Shown in pieces: positions 32,908 to 42,898 of a DNA stretch of 64,000 bases. The notes beneath the pieces were generated by a model. It saw only the letters and a program-made list of their open reading frames with translations, searched no databases and had not been told where the DNA came from. Location: positions 2,210 to 66,209 of the forward strand of contig CAWCUG010000002.1 in assembly GCA_963798785.1 (NCBI GenBank), read 5' to 3'. Made by a program: the position numbers and the translations under genes. Each line of letters opens with the position of its first letter. Position 1 is the first letter of the stretch. Origin of the DNA: an uncultured Alphaproteobacteria bacterium (GTDB taxonomy: Bacteria; Pseudomonadota; Alphaproteobacteria; Sphingomonadales; Sphingomonadaceae).

Positions 32908-33153
32908 TCAGGCCTCGTCCGAGCGTGTGCCTTCCTGGCGGGTGGCAAGCCAGATTCCCAGCAGCACGCCGGCCGCGCCGGCCGCTCTGGTGAGGCCCGG
33001 GCGCCGGGCAAAGGGGCCGACCGCCTTCCTCCACCACGACGGGCCGTCGCGCCACAGGGCGACATGCTCGCGCGGGCGAAGAAGCGCCATCATTCCATCG
33101 CCGATCGCGGCGAGTGCAACCGCTTCGGTAATTCGCCTGCCGATGATGCTCAT
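32908..33153 (-). CDS. Small (81 aa) membrane protein of unknown function
   Basis: MSIIGRRITEAVALAAIGDGMMALLRP...GVLLGIWLA; GGAGG RBS; EcfG-type promoter upstream. Confidence 0.65.
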   Translation of the reverse strand: MSIIGRRITEAVALAAIGDGMMALLRPREHVALWRDGPSWWRKAVGPFARRPGLTRAAGAAGVLLGIWLATRQEGTRSDEA

Positions 33154-33174
33154 GAGAAACCTCCTGCCATTCGC

Positions 33175-33200
33175 AACAGCGCGAGCCGGCCAAGGGTTCC
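33175..33200 (-). promoter_or_regulatory. EcfG (general stress sigma) promoter
   Basis: Minus strand GGAAC-N17-TGTT about 20 nt upstream of ATG 33153. Confidence 0.6.
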
Positions 33201-33379
33201 GATTGCAGGAGACTGCCCTCGCTGGCGCCGGGACGCCAGCGAGGGAGTCCACGCACGGACCTGGGCCGAGCGTGAAAGGCTTGGGCGCGATTGGAAGCGA
33301 CTCGCTTCAACCGCACCGGTCATCGAATCAGCTACAGCAGTCCTTCATCGACAACAATCGTTAACCGTCGCCGCGCGGC

Positions 33380-35933
33380 CTAGAAGACCTTGCGGATTTC
33401 GAACTCGATGGTGCGGCCTAGCGGGTCGCGGTACGCCGGCTGGTACTGGAGCGGAGTTGCTCCCGATGAATTGCGCACGCGCTGCCGGTCGTTGGTCACG
33501 TTCACCACGTCCAAGGACAGGCGCAACCCCCTTGCCCAGGGCGAATGCGGAAGAACCCGCTTCACGTCGGCGAAAGCGCGGAGATTGAGCAGGAGCACCG
33601 GCGAGAAGTCGAGGACGTCGGTCGCTCCTCCGATTCGGCTCTCGAGGCTGCTCGGCCCGCGCCACGTTACCCCGAGCCGTGCGCCCAGGCCACCGGAGGT
33701 GACTGCCGCGGTCCCGTCGAGCTGATGGCGAAGGCGGCCACCGCCGATCCCGATCGCGCCGCCGCCCAGCAGGTCGACCGGATCGAGCCCCTGGCGAATG
33801 ACGATCTTTTCGGAAAACACGACGGTGTGGTTGGCGGTGAGCTGCAGGTATGTCGTCGGTGATGCCGCGCGCGCGGGCGCACCGGCCGCCGTCGCGGAGG
33901 AACGAGTACCGCCGCCGAGCCTGGCATTCATGCTGAGGCCCCAGCGAAGCCGCTTTTCGCGATCCGAATCGAAGTTCACCGGCCGCAGGTCGACTGTGGT
34001 CAGGGTCCCGTCCGAATCGCGGATGAACCTGTCGGGGAAAGCCAGCATGATCGCGGCGCTGGAATCGGGAAGCGAGGAGACGAAGTTGCGGGTGTCGGTG
34101 TCTGCATAGTCCGCGTTCAATTCGAGGTTCAGCCGCTTGACGAGCCCGGAACAGGGCAGTGACCCTGCGGATCATCGTCCGTTGCGGCAGCAGGGCCGAA
34201 TTGCCGCCGCTGATCTGCGAAACGTCGACCGTCTCGCCGGTCAGCGGATCGAACACCCGCACCTGCGAGGAAATGGTCGTCGGGTTGGCAAGCACCTGCA
34301 TCGACGGCGCCGTCTCGTTCTGTTCGATGCTTCCGCGGAAGCGAAGGGCCGGCACCGGCGCCCAGGCAAGCGCCAGCGCATAATGGTCGAGATCGCCGGC
34401 ATCGGAGAAATGGACGTGGCCGAACTCTGCAGTCCCGGTCCAGTCGCCGATCTGCGGAGCGACATTGTTGGCGCGGCTGGTCAGCGGAATGTCGAGCGAG
34501 CCGCGGATCGACTGCTCGTTGCGGCGGAAGGTGCCGGTCCCGAATCCGGTGGAAAAGGTCGTTTCCGAATGCAGCCGGTTGAAGGCAATGCGCCCCTCCA
34601 CGGTGGCCACGGCCGGGCCCGCCGGGAGGGTGAATGCCGGCCCGGTCAGGGACAGCTGGAGCAGGTCCGAAGCGGCGCGGGCCGAGGTTCTGTCGTTGCG
34701 CAGCGGGATGAGGTCCGACAGGTCGGTCGTGAACGGATCGAGCGAGTCGCCGAGCGGTATGGCGCCGAACGCCGCCTGCCGGTCCGACCGCGAGCGATCG
34801 AGCGATTCGCTGTGCTTCGCGTTGAGGTTCCCGGTCCACTTCCCGAAATCGGCGAGGAAGGTGACGCTGCCTTCGCCGCTGTTGCGCCGCGAGCGATAGT
34901 GCAGCGGGTCGGCACCATAGAAGGCAAGGGCGACGTCCCTCGAGAATGGTGAGGCCGGATTGGTCGCTGGAAGTATGAAGAGCGAGCTGGGCAGGCCGCG
35001 CAGGGAACGGCTGCTGTTGCGGCCCAGGCGAACGCTTGTCGTGAATTTAAGCCAAGGCGCCAGGCGGCTGCTGAAAGTGCCGTTGAGCTCGTAATTGCGG
35101 GTATTCGGACGAAGGGTCCGGAAGCGGCCGATGTCGGTCAGGTTGGCGCTGTTCGCGTTCGCCGCGAAATCGGCGAGTGTCGGCGCGGAGCCGGTTATTG
35201 CGGCGACAGTGACGATTTGCCCCGCAGCGGCGCTGAGCAATGGGTCGATTTCGCCGCTGCTGTCCGGATAGCCGACGACGTTGCCCGACTGGGCGAAGGG
35301 GTGAAACGGATCGGGCTGGACGATTGCGCGGTCGCTTTCGAGGAGCGAGCTTTCGTCCCTGACCCTGAGGGCGAGGTTGGCACGGGTGTCGCCGCGGATC
35401 CGGGTCAATATGGCTTCGCCGCGAATCGCGTTCCAGTCCCCTTCGGTCGCAACCTTCGGAGCAGCGGTGAGGGTCGCCGTCTTGACCTCGCGCTTGAGCG
35501 TCAGGCTGATCACGCGTTGCGACGAGGTGCCGCCAACCCGGACGGCCGAGCCGCGCGGCAGAACCTGCGCGTTGCGAAGCGCTTCGATCGGGAAGGCGCC
35601 GATCTCGTCGAGATCGTTGACGCGTTCGCCATTGACGAGGATGACCGGCTGTTCGTCGTCTCCGCCGAGCTCCGCCTGGAGTTCGGCAAGCAGTTCATCG
35701 ACCGTACTGACGGCGTAGCTGTCGATAGCATCCTGATCGAGATTGCGTTCCGGAGTGATGTTCGGGAACAGCGGGACGCCGGTGACGATTACGTCTTGCG
35801 AATGCTCGTCGGGTGCTGGCTGCGCACCGGCTTCGAAGTCGCTGGCGGCCAGCGGTGCGGACGTGCCGCACAACAGGATTGCAATCGCCAGGCGGCTGAC
35901 GCGTCTTCGGCCATTCGCATTCGTTTGATTCAC
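33380..35933 (-). CDS. TonB-dependent receptor; frameshift at about 34146
   Basis: Signal peptide, TonB-box-like DVIVTG, plug ILVNG...EALRNAQVLPRG, C-terminal RDPLGRTIEFEIRKVF in ORF 33380..34120; removing one G in CCGGGCTC restores ...LFRLVKRLNLELNAD. Confidence 0.85.
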
Positions 35934-36050
35934 TTGCCGTCCTTCCCAGAAAAGGCCGCACTTCCAGTTCTAGCGGCCGTCCTCCGCGCTACCCCGCCTG
36001 ACGCAAGCGCCAGGCAGGGAGTTCACGCGCGGTTCTGGGCCGCTAGTGAA

Positions 36051-36983
36051 TCAGGACGCCGGGAGAGAGTTCGTCGGCGGCGAATCGAAGGTCGTGCCGG
36101 CCAGAGTCGGCGCAGCGTTGAACGTCGTCGTGCTGCAGCCGCCGCCCGTGTAGCCGTTCTTCGCGGTCCACGAGCCGCCCTTCTTGCCCGGCGAAATGCA
36201 GGCAAGAGCGCGAATTCCGTTCGGCGTGTAGGTGCCGGTCTCGGTGTAATTCACACCGTCGACTTGGCCGCCGAGCGACTGGTTGCTGGCAGTCGTCGAA
36301 TAGCCTTCGTCGACGTCGTCGCCGGCTTGCGAGTTGTCCGAATAGTCCTCGGCGTTCGTCCACTCGCTGGTGGTCACGTCATGGCCACCGCAATTTTCGT
36401 TGGTCCCGTTGGGGCCGCCATTGCCGTTGCCGCAGCCGTTGTTGCCGTCGCCATTTCCGCCGGTCTGCAGGTTGTTGCCGTTGTTGTTGCCGTTATTGCC
36501 GTTGCCCTGACCTTCGCCGCCACCGCCGACGTGAACCGTCGTGGTCACATAATTTTCGACGTGGCACGACCAGTGGTAGGTCACGGTGTGCGTGAAGTCG
36601 GCTTCGCTGTCGTACAGCGTGTTGTCCCAGATCTTCTGGCTGAACACTGCCTGGCCCCACATGTTGGGGCTGCCGCCGGTGCGGGACAGCGGATTGGCGG
36701 CGCCGACGAAGCCGGCGTAGGAGAAGGTGCCTCCGGTGTCGGGGCGGAAGTTGACGTCGCGCTCGCTGCCCTCGACCAGCGTCGTCGGGCCATCCTCGCT
36801 GTAAACGTTGGTGACGGTCGCGCGCCACTTGCTCGGATCTTCCTGGTTGTTGACGTAGAGGTCGTCGCAGACCAGCTGCATTTCGACCGTGGTCGGGTTG
36901 GCGGCCTGGGCCGGAGCGGCGAAGCCGACAGGTGCAATCGATGTGCCGACCATCGCGGTCGCAGCCAAAAGTGCGCGTTTCAT
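36051..36983 (-). CDS. Secreted hypothetical protein with Gly/Asn-rich insert and six Cys
   Basis: Sec signal ending APAQA, strongly GC3-biased codons, GAGG-like RBS; no family recognised. Confidence 0.8.
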   Translation of the reverse strand: MKRALLAATAMVGTSIAPVGFAAPAQAANPTTVEMQLVCDDLYVNNQEDPSKWRATVTNVYSEDGPTTLVEGSERDVNFRPDTGGTFSYAGFVGAANPLSRTGGSPNMWGQAVFSQKIWDNTLYDSEADFTHTVTYHWSCHVENYVTTTVHVGGGGEGQGNGNNGNNNGNNLQTGGNGDGNNGCGNGNGGPNGTNENCGGHDVTTSEWTNAEDYSDNSQAGDDVDEGYSTTASNQSLGGQVDGVNYTETGTYTPNGIRALACISPGKKGGSWTAKNGYTGGGCSTTTFNAAPTLAGTTFDSPPTNSLPAS

Positions 36984-37197
36984 TTGATGAGTCCCTCGTT
37001 TCCCGGTTGAGCAATGCCGCCGGGACGCCCAGAACGACTCGTTGGCGAATTTGCGTTTACCGGTCGCCGGTTAATCCCAGTAGTTACCGTCAGTTAACGC
37101 TAACTAAGGATAGGGTCTTCAGCGTCCCAAAAGGGGGCGCCGGCATTTGGGGGCCTGCGGGTTGAGGTAATCGTGTTCGTTTGAATGCGGCAGCGCG

Positions 37198-37811
37198 TCA
37201 GTTGCCGACCCACTCGGCGGCCCGGATCGCGAGCTCGGTACGATTGGCGACCCCGGTCTTTTCGAAGACGCTGTGCAGATAGACCTTCACCGTCCCCTCG
37301 GTAATTCCGAGCTTTTCGGCGATGTCGCGGTTGCGCATGCCCTGGCGGACCAGCTTCACCAGCTCGGCCTCGCGCGGCGACAGGAGCGAGCGATCGCGGG
37401 CGCTGTTCGCCCGGGTCGCCTCGGCATTGAGATGCGGATCGATCCATTCGTCGCCGGCGCGCACGGAATCGAGGCAATCGATGAGAAGCGCCGGATCCGA
37501 CGTCTTGAGAAGCACTCCGTCGACGCTGAGCTTGAGAGCTTCGGCGAAACCTGCTTCGTCGATGGACGCGGTGAGGAGGATTACCCGCCGGTGATCTTCG
37601 GCCGTGCGCACCTGGCGAAGCACGTCGAGCCCGCTTCCCCCGGCATCTGGATGTCGAGGACGACCAGCTCCGGGTCGTGATCGGCAATCGCCTGGAGCGC
37701 TTCCGAGCCGCTCCCGGCCTTGGCGACAAGTTCATAGTCGCTGCCGCGAAGCATGGCTTCGACAGCGGCCTGAATCATCGGGTGATCGTCGGCAAGAACA
37801 ATTCTGGTCAC
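37198..37811 (-). CDS. NarL/LuxR-family response regulator; frameshift in G-run at about 37637-37641
   Basis: LADDHPM, VLDIQMPG, LLKTS; HTH LSPREAE...GMRNRDIAEKLGITEGTVKVY; five G where six are needed. Confidence 0.9.
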
Positions 37812-39431
37812 GGCCGCACCTCCGGCTTGAGTGGCAGTGTAATGGAAACATTGGTGCCGCTCTCGCGGCTGGCGAGCATTAGGGTCCCGTTCGCATCCTC
37901 GACTCGTTCGCGAAGCGACCACGGCTGGCCCTTCTTCAGCCGATCGCTGCCGCTTCCATCATTGCTGATGTCGAGCCGCAACTGCGCGTTCTCGGCGGTC
38001 AGCTGGACGTCGACCAGCTTGGCGCCGCCGTGGCGGACGGCATTGGCGACGGCCTCGCGAACCAGCTGGTGGGTGTCGAGGTGAAGCCGGATGGGCGCTG
38101 CGACATCGGCGACTTCTGCGGCAAAGGTGCAGCGGATGTCCCACTGGCGCGCCAGGTGGTCGCACAACGTCTTCAGGTCAGCGGCGAGGGCTGGAAGCGA
38201 GACGCTGTTTTTCCGAAGTGCACCGATTGCCGATCGCAGCTCCTGCTGTTCCTGCAGCATCAATTGTTTGAGGTCCTCGAGCTCCCTCTCGGGCCTCTCG
38301 CCGACGCGGAGCGAGCGCTTGACCGCCTCGATCCTGAACGTCGCCCCGGCAAGGAACTGGACGATGCTGTCGTGAAGGTCGCGGGCGAGCGCAAGCCGGG
38401 CGCGTGCGCCGGCACTTTCCTCGACCGCGGTCAGCAGCGCGTGACGCTGGATGTCGGCCGCGAGCGCGCTTCCGAGCCAGTCGCCGAATTCGACGTGGTC
38501 GGTGCACAGGCCCTTCACTCCACCGAGCAGGAGTAGCGCCTCGCCGGCGTCGGTCCGCACCGGTACCGCAAGTCCGCTCGCGATTCCGAACTGCTCCCCG
38601 AGCGCCCGCCTGACGAGCATCGTGGCGTGGCCGAATTGCATCCTTCGGTTAAGTCCGCGGCTGAATGCCCGGTCACGGGGAAAATCGAAGAGGAAGGAAG
38701 CGGGCGCAACGTCGACCTTCGTCGCGATGTTGGTGGTCGAAATCGCCCCGCCGTCCAGGACGATTGCCGTCGTGTGATGGGACAATGCGGCCCGCCAGAG
38801 CAGGACGCATGTGGTGGCGCCGGTCAGCCGGGCGGCCCGTTCGAGCGCCTGCTCCAGCGGCGAATCCTGCGGCGACGGGTCGCCAATCTTCTCGTCCTTC
38901 GGCGATCCCGGCGACGAAAAGCCGTGATTGATCCCGAACCAGATCAGGATGGCGGAGAGAATGACCAGGTTGCCGCTTCTGATGATGAAACGCTGCAGGT
39001 CGAAGTCGCCACCCGGGCGATCCCCGGCGAACAGGCCCGCGGTGAAGTAGAGGAGGATGACGGCCGCTGCCGTGACAGCCGTCTCGCGCCAACCCCAGCG
39101 GATCGCCGCCGACAGGACCAGGAAGACGAAGAAGACGAAGAAGGGGCTGGTGTAACCGTCGGTGGCGAAGACCAGCAGCGTGAAGACGGCGATATCGACG
39201 ACGTGGGCGACGCCGGCGAGCTTCGCGTCGAGCCACCAATTGTTCCAGGTGAGCGCCATCACTCCGACCGCAAGCGCGACATACATCAGCGAGCATCGCG
39301 TAGGTCGCAATTGCGCCCTGGGCCGGCTGGCTCGGATCGATCCAGATGGCGAACAGGAAGACTGCCGCGAGCACGGCTCGAGCGAGAGCGATAACCCGGC
39401 CGGACCGATGCTTGAGCAGACCGTCGAACAT
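37808..39431 (-). CDS. NarX/UhpB-type (HisKA_3) membrane sensor kinase; frameshift at about 39290
   Basis: N-terminal TM helices split between ORFs 38673..39431 and 37808..39310; ARDLHDSIVQ, EAVANAVRHG; GTGA coupling to the regulator. Confidence 0.87.
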
Positions 39432-39519
39432 CGAACCCCCGCCGCCCAGCGCAGCTATTAACTTTAAGTATAGCAGTTCGAAGCCGCGTGGAAGCGTCGT
39501 TGAACGCGCCGGTCGCCCC

Positions 39520-40074
39520 TTATGCGGCTAGCACCTGTGAGTGCGGCTGCGGCTGGTGCGAGCGCTGCAGGACCAGGCGATGGAGACGTGCCGGAACCTG
39601 CTCTGCGCGAGCGCAGCTCAACCGCGGGGCGACGAGGCCGGTCGGCTCGAAACCGAGCTTCTCGAGAACGCGCGCCGAGGCGGGATTGTCGAGGAAGTGC
39701 GACGCTTCCAGCGCCCGGAGGCCGAGCGCCCGGGCGATTTCGACGAGTGCCGCGCCGGCTTCGGTCGCAAACCCCTGGCCCCAGTGCGGCCGGGCGATCC
39801 AGTAGCCGAGCTCGACCGCGCCCGAACTGCGGCGGGCAAGCCCGCAGGAGCCGACGAGGCGAGGAGCGGCAGGCGTCCGCTCGGCAATGACGAAGGACGG
39901 GAGAATGGGGTCGCGAGGGGCAGCCAGGAAGGCCTCGGCATCGCGAAGCGCATAGGGCCACGGAGCGTTCGCCAGGTTGCGAACGATATGTTCGTCGGCA
40001 ATCGCCGCCGCCAAAGCCGGTGCGTCTTCGGGAAATCCGGGCCGCAGGAGCAGCCGATCGGTCCGCGCAAACAT
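39520..40074 (-). CDS. GNAT N-acetyltransferase (RimJ/RimL family)
   Basis: [41 protein letters not shown]. Confidence 0.92.
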   Translation of the reverse strand: MFARTDRLLLRPGFPEDAPALAAAIADEHIVRNLANAPWPYALRDAEAFLAAPRDPILPSFVIAERTPAAPRLVGSCGLARRSSGAVELGYWIARPHWGQGFATEAGAALVEIARALGLRALEASHFLDNPASARVLEKLGFEPTGLVAPRLSCARAEQVPARLHRLVLQRSHQPQPHSQVLAA

Positions 40075-40130
40075 CTCATCCTCCTCCCGCGCGCCCCTAG
40101 GAGGCGCGCGTTACAATTTCGGGAGAAGGC

Positions 40131-40167
40131 AAAGAAAAAGGGGATGCCCCTTCCGAGGCGCCCCCTT
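40131..40167 (-). terminator. Rho-independent terminator of rplU-rpmA
   Basis: Minus strand GGGGGCGCCUC-GGAA-GGGGCAUCCCC followed by UUUUUCUUU. Confidence 0.7.
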
Positions 40168-40245
40168 CTCCCTTGTTGGTCTTGATCTTTTAGAAGGATC
40201 TCGTCCGGGCCGCCCCTTGTGGGAACGGTCCCTTTCTGACCGTTC

Positions 40246-40512
40246 CTATTTCGATTCCGCTGCCGGCATGACGTGCACGTATTTGCGGCCGAGCTTGCCA
40301 TCTCGGAAGGCAACGGTGCCGTCGGTAAGCGCAAAGAGGGTATGGTCCTTGCCGATTCCGACATTGTCGCCCGGATGCCACTTGGTTCCGCGCTGGCGCA
40401 CGATAATGTTGCCGGCGCGAGCCGACTGGCTGCCGAACAACTTCACGCCGAGGCGCTTGCTTTCACTGTCGCGGCCGTTGCGGGACGAGCCGCCTGCTTT
40501 CTTATGTGCCAT
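40246..40512 (-). CDS. rpmA: 50S ribosomal protein L27
   Basis: [22 protein letters not shown]...RQRGTK...DHTLFAL. Confidence 0.99.
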   Translation of the reverse strand: MAHKKAGGSSRNGRDSESKRLGVKLFGSQSARAGNIIVRQRGTKWHPGDNVGIGKDHTLFALTDGTVAFRDGKLGRKYVHVMPAAESK

Positions 40513-40518
40513 GTCGAA

Positions 40519-41076
40519 CTACTTCTTCGCTGGTTTCTTGGCCGCGCCCTTAGCAGGTGCAGCATTTTTTGTCGACGCTTTCGAAGCGGGCTTTTCAGCC
40601 TTTGCCGGCGACGCCTTCTTCTCCGCCTTGGCCGGCGTGGCCTTGGCTTCGGTCTTGGCTTTCGCCTTGGCCGGAGTTGCGGTCTTGGCCTTGGCCTCGA
40701 CGCTCTCGCCGGCCGCAGCGGTCTGCGCGCCTTGCGCCTTGGCCGGAGCGGCCTTCTTCTCCGCCGGCTTTGCCTTGTGATCGCCGATGGCGACGATCCG
40801 CAGGATCGTGTGCTGCTGGCGGTGGCCCTGCTTGCGCCGGTAATTATGCCGGCGGCGCTTCTTGAAGACGGTGACCTTGTCGCCCTTTGCCTGGGCAATG
40901 ATTTCGGCCGCGACCTTGAGGCCGTCGGTCTTCTTCAGTTCCGACCCTTCGCCTGCGAGCAGGACGTCGCCAAGGGTGACGGTGTCACCGGCGTCTCCGT
41001 CCAGCTTTTCGACGACGATCTTGTCTCCGGGGGCGACGCGGTACTGCTTGCCGCCCGTGCGCACGACTGCGAACAT
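40519..41076 (-). CDS. rplU: 50S ribosomal protein L21 with Ala/Lys-rich C-terminal extension
   Basis: [14 protein letters not shown]...[17 protein letters not shown] plus a PAKA-rich tail of about 80 aa. Confidence 0.98.
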   Translation of the reverse strand: MFAVVRTGGKQYRVAPGDKIVVEKLDGDAGDTVTLGDVLLAGEGSELKKTDGLKVAAEIIAQAKGDKVTVFKKRRRHNYRRKQGHRQQHTILRIVAIGDHKAKPAEKKAAPAKAQGAQTAAAGESVEAKAKTATPAKAKAKTEAKATPAKAEKKASPAKAEKPASKASTKNAAPAKGAAKKPAKK

Positions 41077-41133
41077 TGGCTTCTCTTCTGTGCTTGTGGC
41101 GCGCGCCAGGCTTGCCCTCGCGCGAAAGCGAGC

Positions 41134-41162
41134 CGCCTATGGCAGCGGCCCCTTCGTGTCAA
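41134..41162 (-). promoter_or_regulatory. Sigma70 promoter of rplU-rpmA
   Basis: Minus strand TTGACA-N17-TAGGCG, about 60 nt upstream of rplU. Confidence 0.55.
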
Positions 41163-41218
41163 CTGCGCCCTGGACGCTGCGAGGTATCGCGCTGCGCCGG
41201 CAGGTCGGGCGCTTGTCC

Positions 41219-41593
41219 CTAGTGCCGGTGTTCGGGCCGAAGCTGGTAGCGAACGCCATCGAAGCGGTCGAACATCGTTCCGATCGCAGGGTGGTCGACC
41301 GGCTCGTCGCTTTCGTCGTGGACCAGGTTCTGCTGGCTGACATAAGCGACGTAGGTCGACTCCGCGTTTTCGGCGAGCAAGTGGTAGAATGGCTGGTCCT
41401 TTGGCGGACGCATCATTTCAGGGATCGAATCATACCATTCGTTGCTGTTGGCGAATTGAGGATCGACGTCGAACACGACGCCCCGGAAATCGAGCAGCCG
41501 GTGACGAACGACGTCGCCGATGCCGAAGCGGGCGCGCGGAATCGAAGATTCGCGGCTGGAGGTCACTTCGGGTGAACGTTCTGCTTGCGGCAT
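41219..41593 (-). CDS. hspQ: Heat shock protein HspQ
   Basis: RFGIGDVVRHR...RGVVFDVDP...DQPFYHLLAE...YVSQQNL; ATG at 41593 (ORF track start 41602). Confidence 0.92.
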   Translation of the reverse strand: MPQAERSPEVTSSRESSIPRARFGIGDVVRHRLLDFRGVVFDVDPQFANSNEWYDSIPEMMRPPKDQPFYHLLAENAESTYVAYVSQQNLVHDESDEPVDHPAIGTMFDRFDGVRYQLRPEHRH

Positions 41594-41601
41594 AAGCTCC
41601 A

Positions 41602-41629
41602 ATCTAGGCGTCTCGACACTCTAGGCAAG
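41602..41629 (-). promoter_or_regulatory. Candidate RpoH (sigma32) promoter of hspQ
   Basis: Minus strand CTTG-N17-CCTAGAT versus alphaproteobacterial consensus CTTG-N17-CCTATAT. Confidence 0.45.
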
Positions 41630-41698
41630 GCTCGGGTGCGTTGCTACATGCCCGCCGCGACCGCGGCCGGGCTTTCCGGCATAGCCTTCACGAAAGAC

Positions 41699-41788
<90 letters not shown>

Positions 41789-41837
41789 TCTTCCAAGGAC
41801 GACTTGCACCGCCACCGCGGCGGCGGCGGGCGACCGC

Positions 41838-42852
41838 TCAGCGGGAGGGGCCGCCCCAAATCGATTCGGGCACGAATATGCGGCCGTCCGAGTAGATGGT
41901 CTTTGCCTGCGGGTCGGCGGCAAGACCGTAGGGGCCATCGAGGTCGACATAGTCGCACAGCTGGCCGAGGACGAAGCCGGGCGCCATCGCCAGGGTCGAT
42001 CCGCCCATGTTCCCGACCATCAGCTTCTTGCCCATCCGCCGGGCGGCGGCCGCCATCGCCAGCGCTTCGGTAAGGCCGCCGCACTTGTCGAGCTTGATGT
42101 TGATGACGTCGAAAAGGGCGCCTTTTTCGTGGAGCTCGGCGAGGTCGAGGATGCTTTCGTCGGCGGCGACCGGAGCGCCGGCCGTCCAGCCTTGCAGAAC
42201 CGCTTCGTTACCGCGCGCAACCGGCTGCTCGACCAGCGCGACGGAATGTTCGGCGACCATCCGGGCGAGCGAATCGAGCCCGGCCTCGCAATAGCCCTGG
42301 TTGGCATCGACCCCCAGCCAGACGTCGGGGCGGACGGCGCGAACCGCGGCGAGGCGCTCTTCATCGGCATCGGCGACACCGTCGAGCTTGAGCTTGATCG
42401 CCCTTGCCGACTCCGAGCTTTGCCACTCGCGCCCTGATATCGGCGGGATCGGACGCGGGGATCGTGAAGACCGTCACCAGCGGCTTTGGGGTGGGCACTC
42501 CGGCAAGCGCCCACACCGGGACTTGCGAGCGCCGGGCCTCGAGCTCCCAAAACGCGCAGTCGAGCGCGTTTCGGGCTCCGCACGGGGCGAGGAGCAACTG
42601 CAGCTGCTCGCGGTCGAGCCCGGTTTCGACCTGCTCGCGAACTTCTTCGATGGCCGCGACCATCCGGTCCTGATCGTCGCCCATGTAATAGACGCCGGCA
42701 GCCTCGCCGCGGCCGCTCACCCCCGATTCGGTGATCGTTGCGATCACCGAGGGCATCGATTCGAAGACGTAGCCGGAGATTCGGAGCGGCGATCCGAAGC
42801 GCATTTCAGCCCGTTCGACGTTCAGTTCGCGCTCTGCGGTTTGCGTTGCCAT
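41838..42852 (-). CDS. Dipeptide epimerase (L-Ala-D/L-Glu epimerase, enolase superfamily); frameshift at about 42413
   Basis: GRGEAAG, GARNALDCAFWEL, then after a 1-nt correction IKLKL, DANQG, EQP, ADES, NIKLDKCGG, DLDGP. Confidence 0.9.
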
Positions 42853-42879
42853 GACCGATGCATAGCAATGACAAACAAA

Positions 42880-42896
42880 GTTTCAAATACAGAAAC
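42880..42896. promoter_or_regulatory. Palindromic operator upstream of the epimerase
   Basis: GTTTC-AAATACA-GAAAC (perfect 5-N7-5 inverted repeat). Confidence 0.55.
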
Positions 42897-42898
42897 AG

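Noticed and set aside
36400-36530. CRISPR or tandem DNA repeat (ttgccgtt/gttgtt runs)
   Set aside because: No constant repeat-spacer period and no cas genes; the pattern is simply Gly/Asn codons in a coding region.
37070-37105. CtrA box upstream of the Gly/Asn protein
   Set aside because: TTAA/TAAC half-sites are present, but no pair has the canonical N7 spacing; kept only as an unassigned repeat array.
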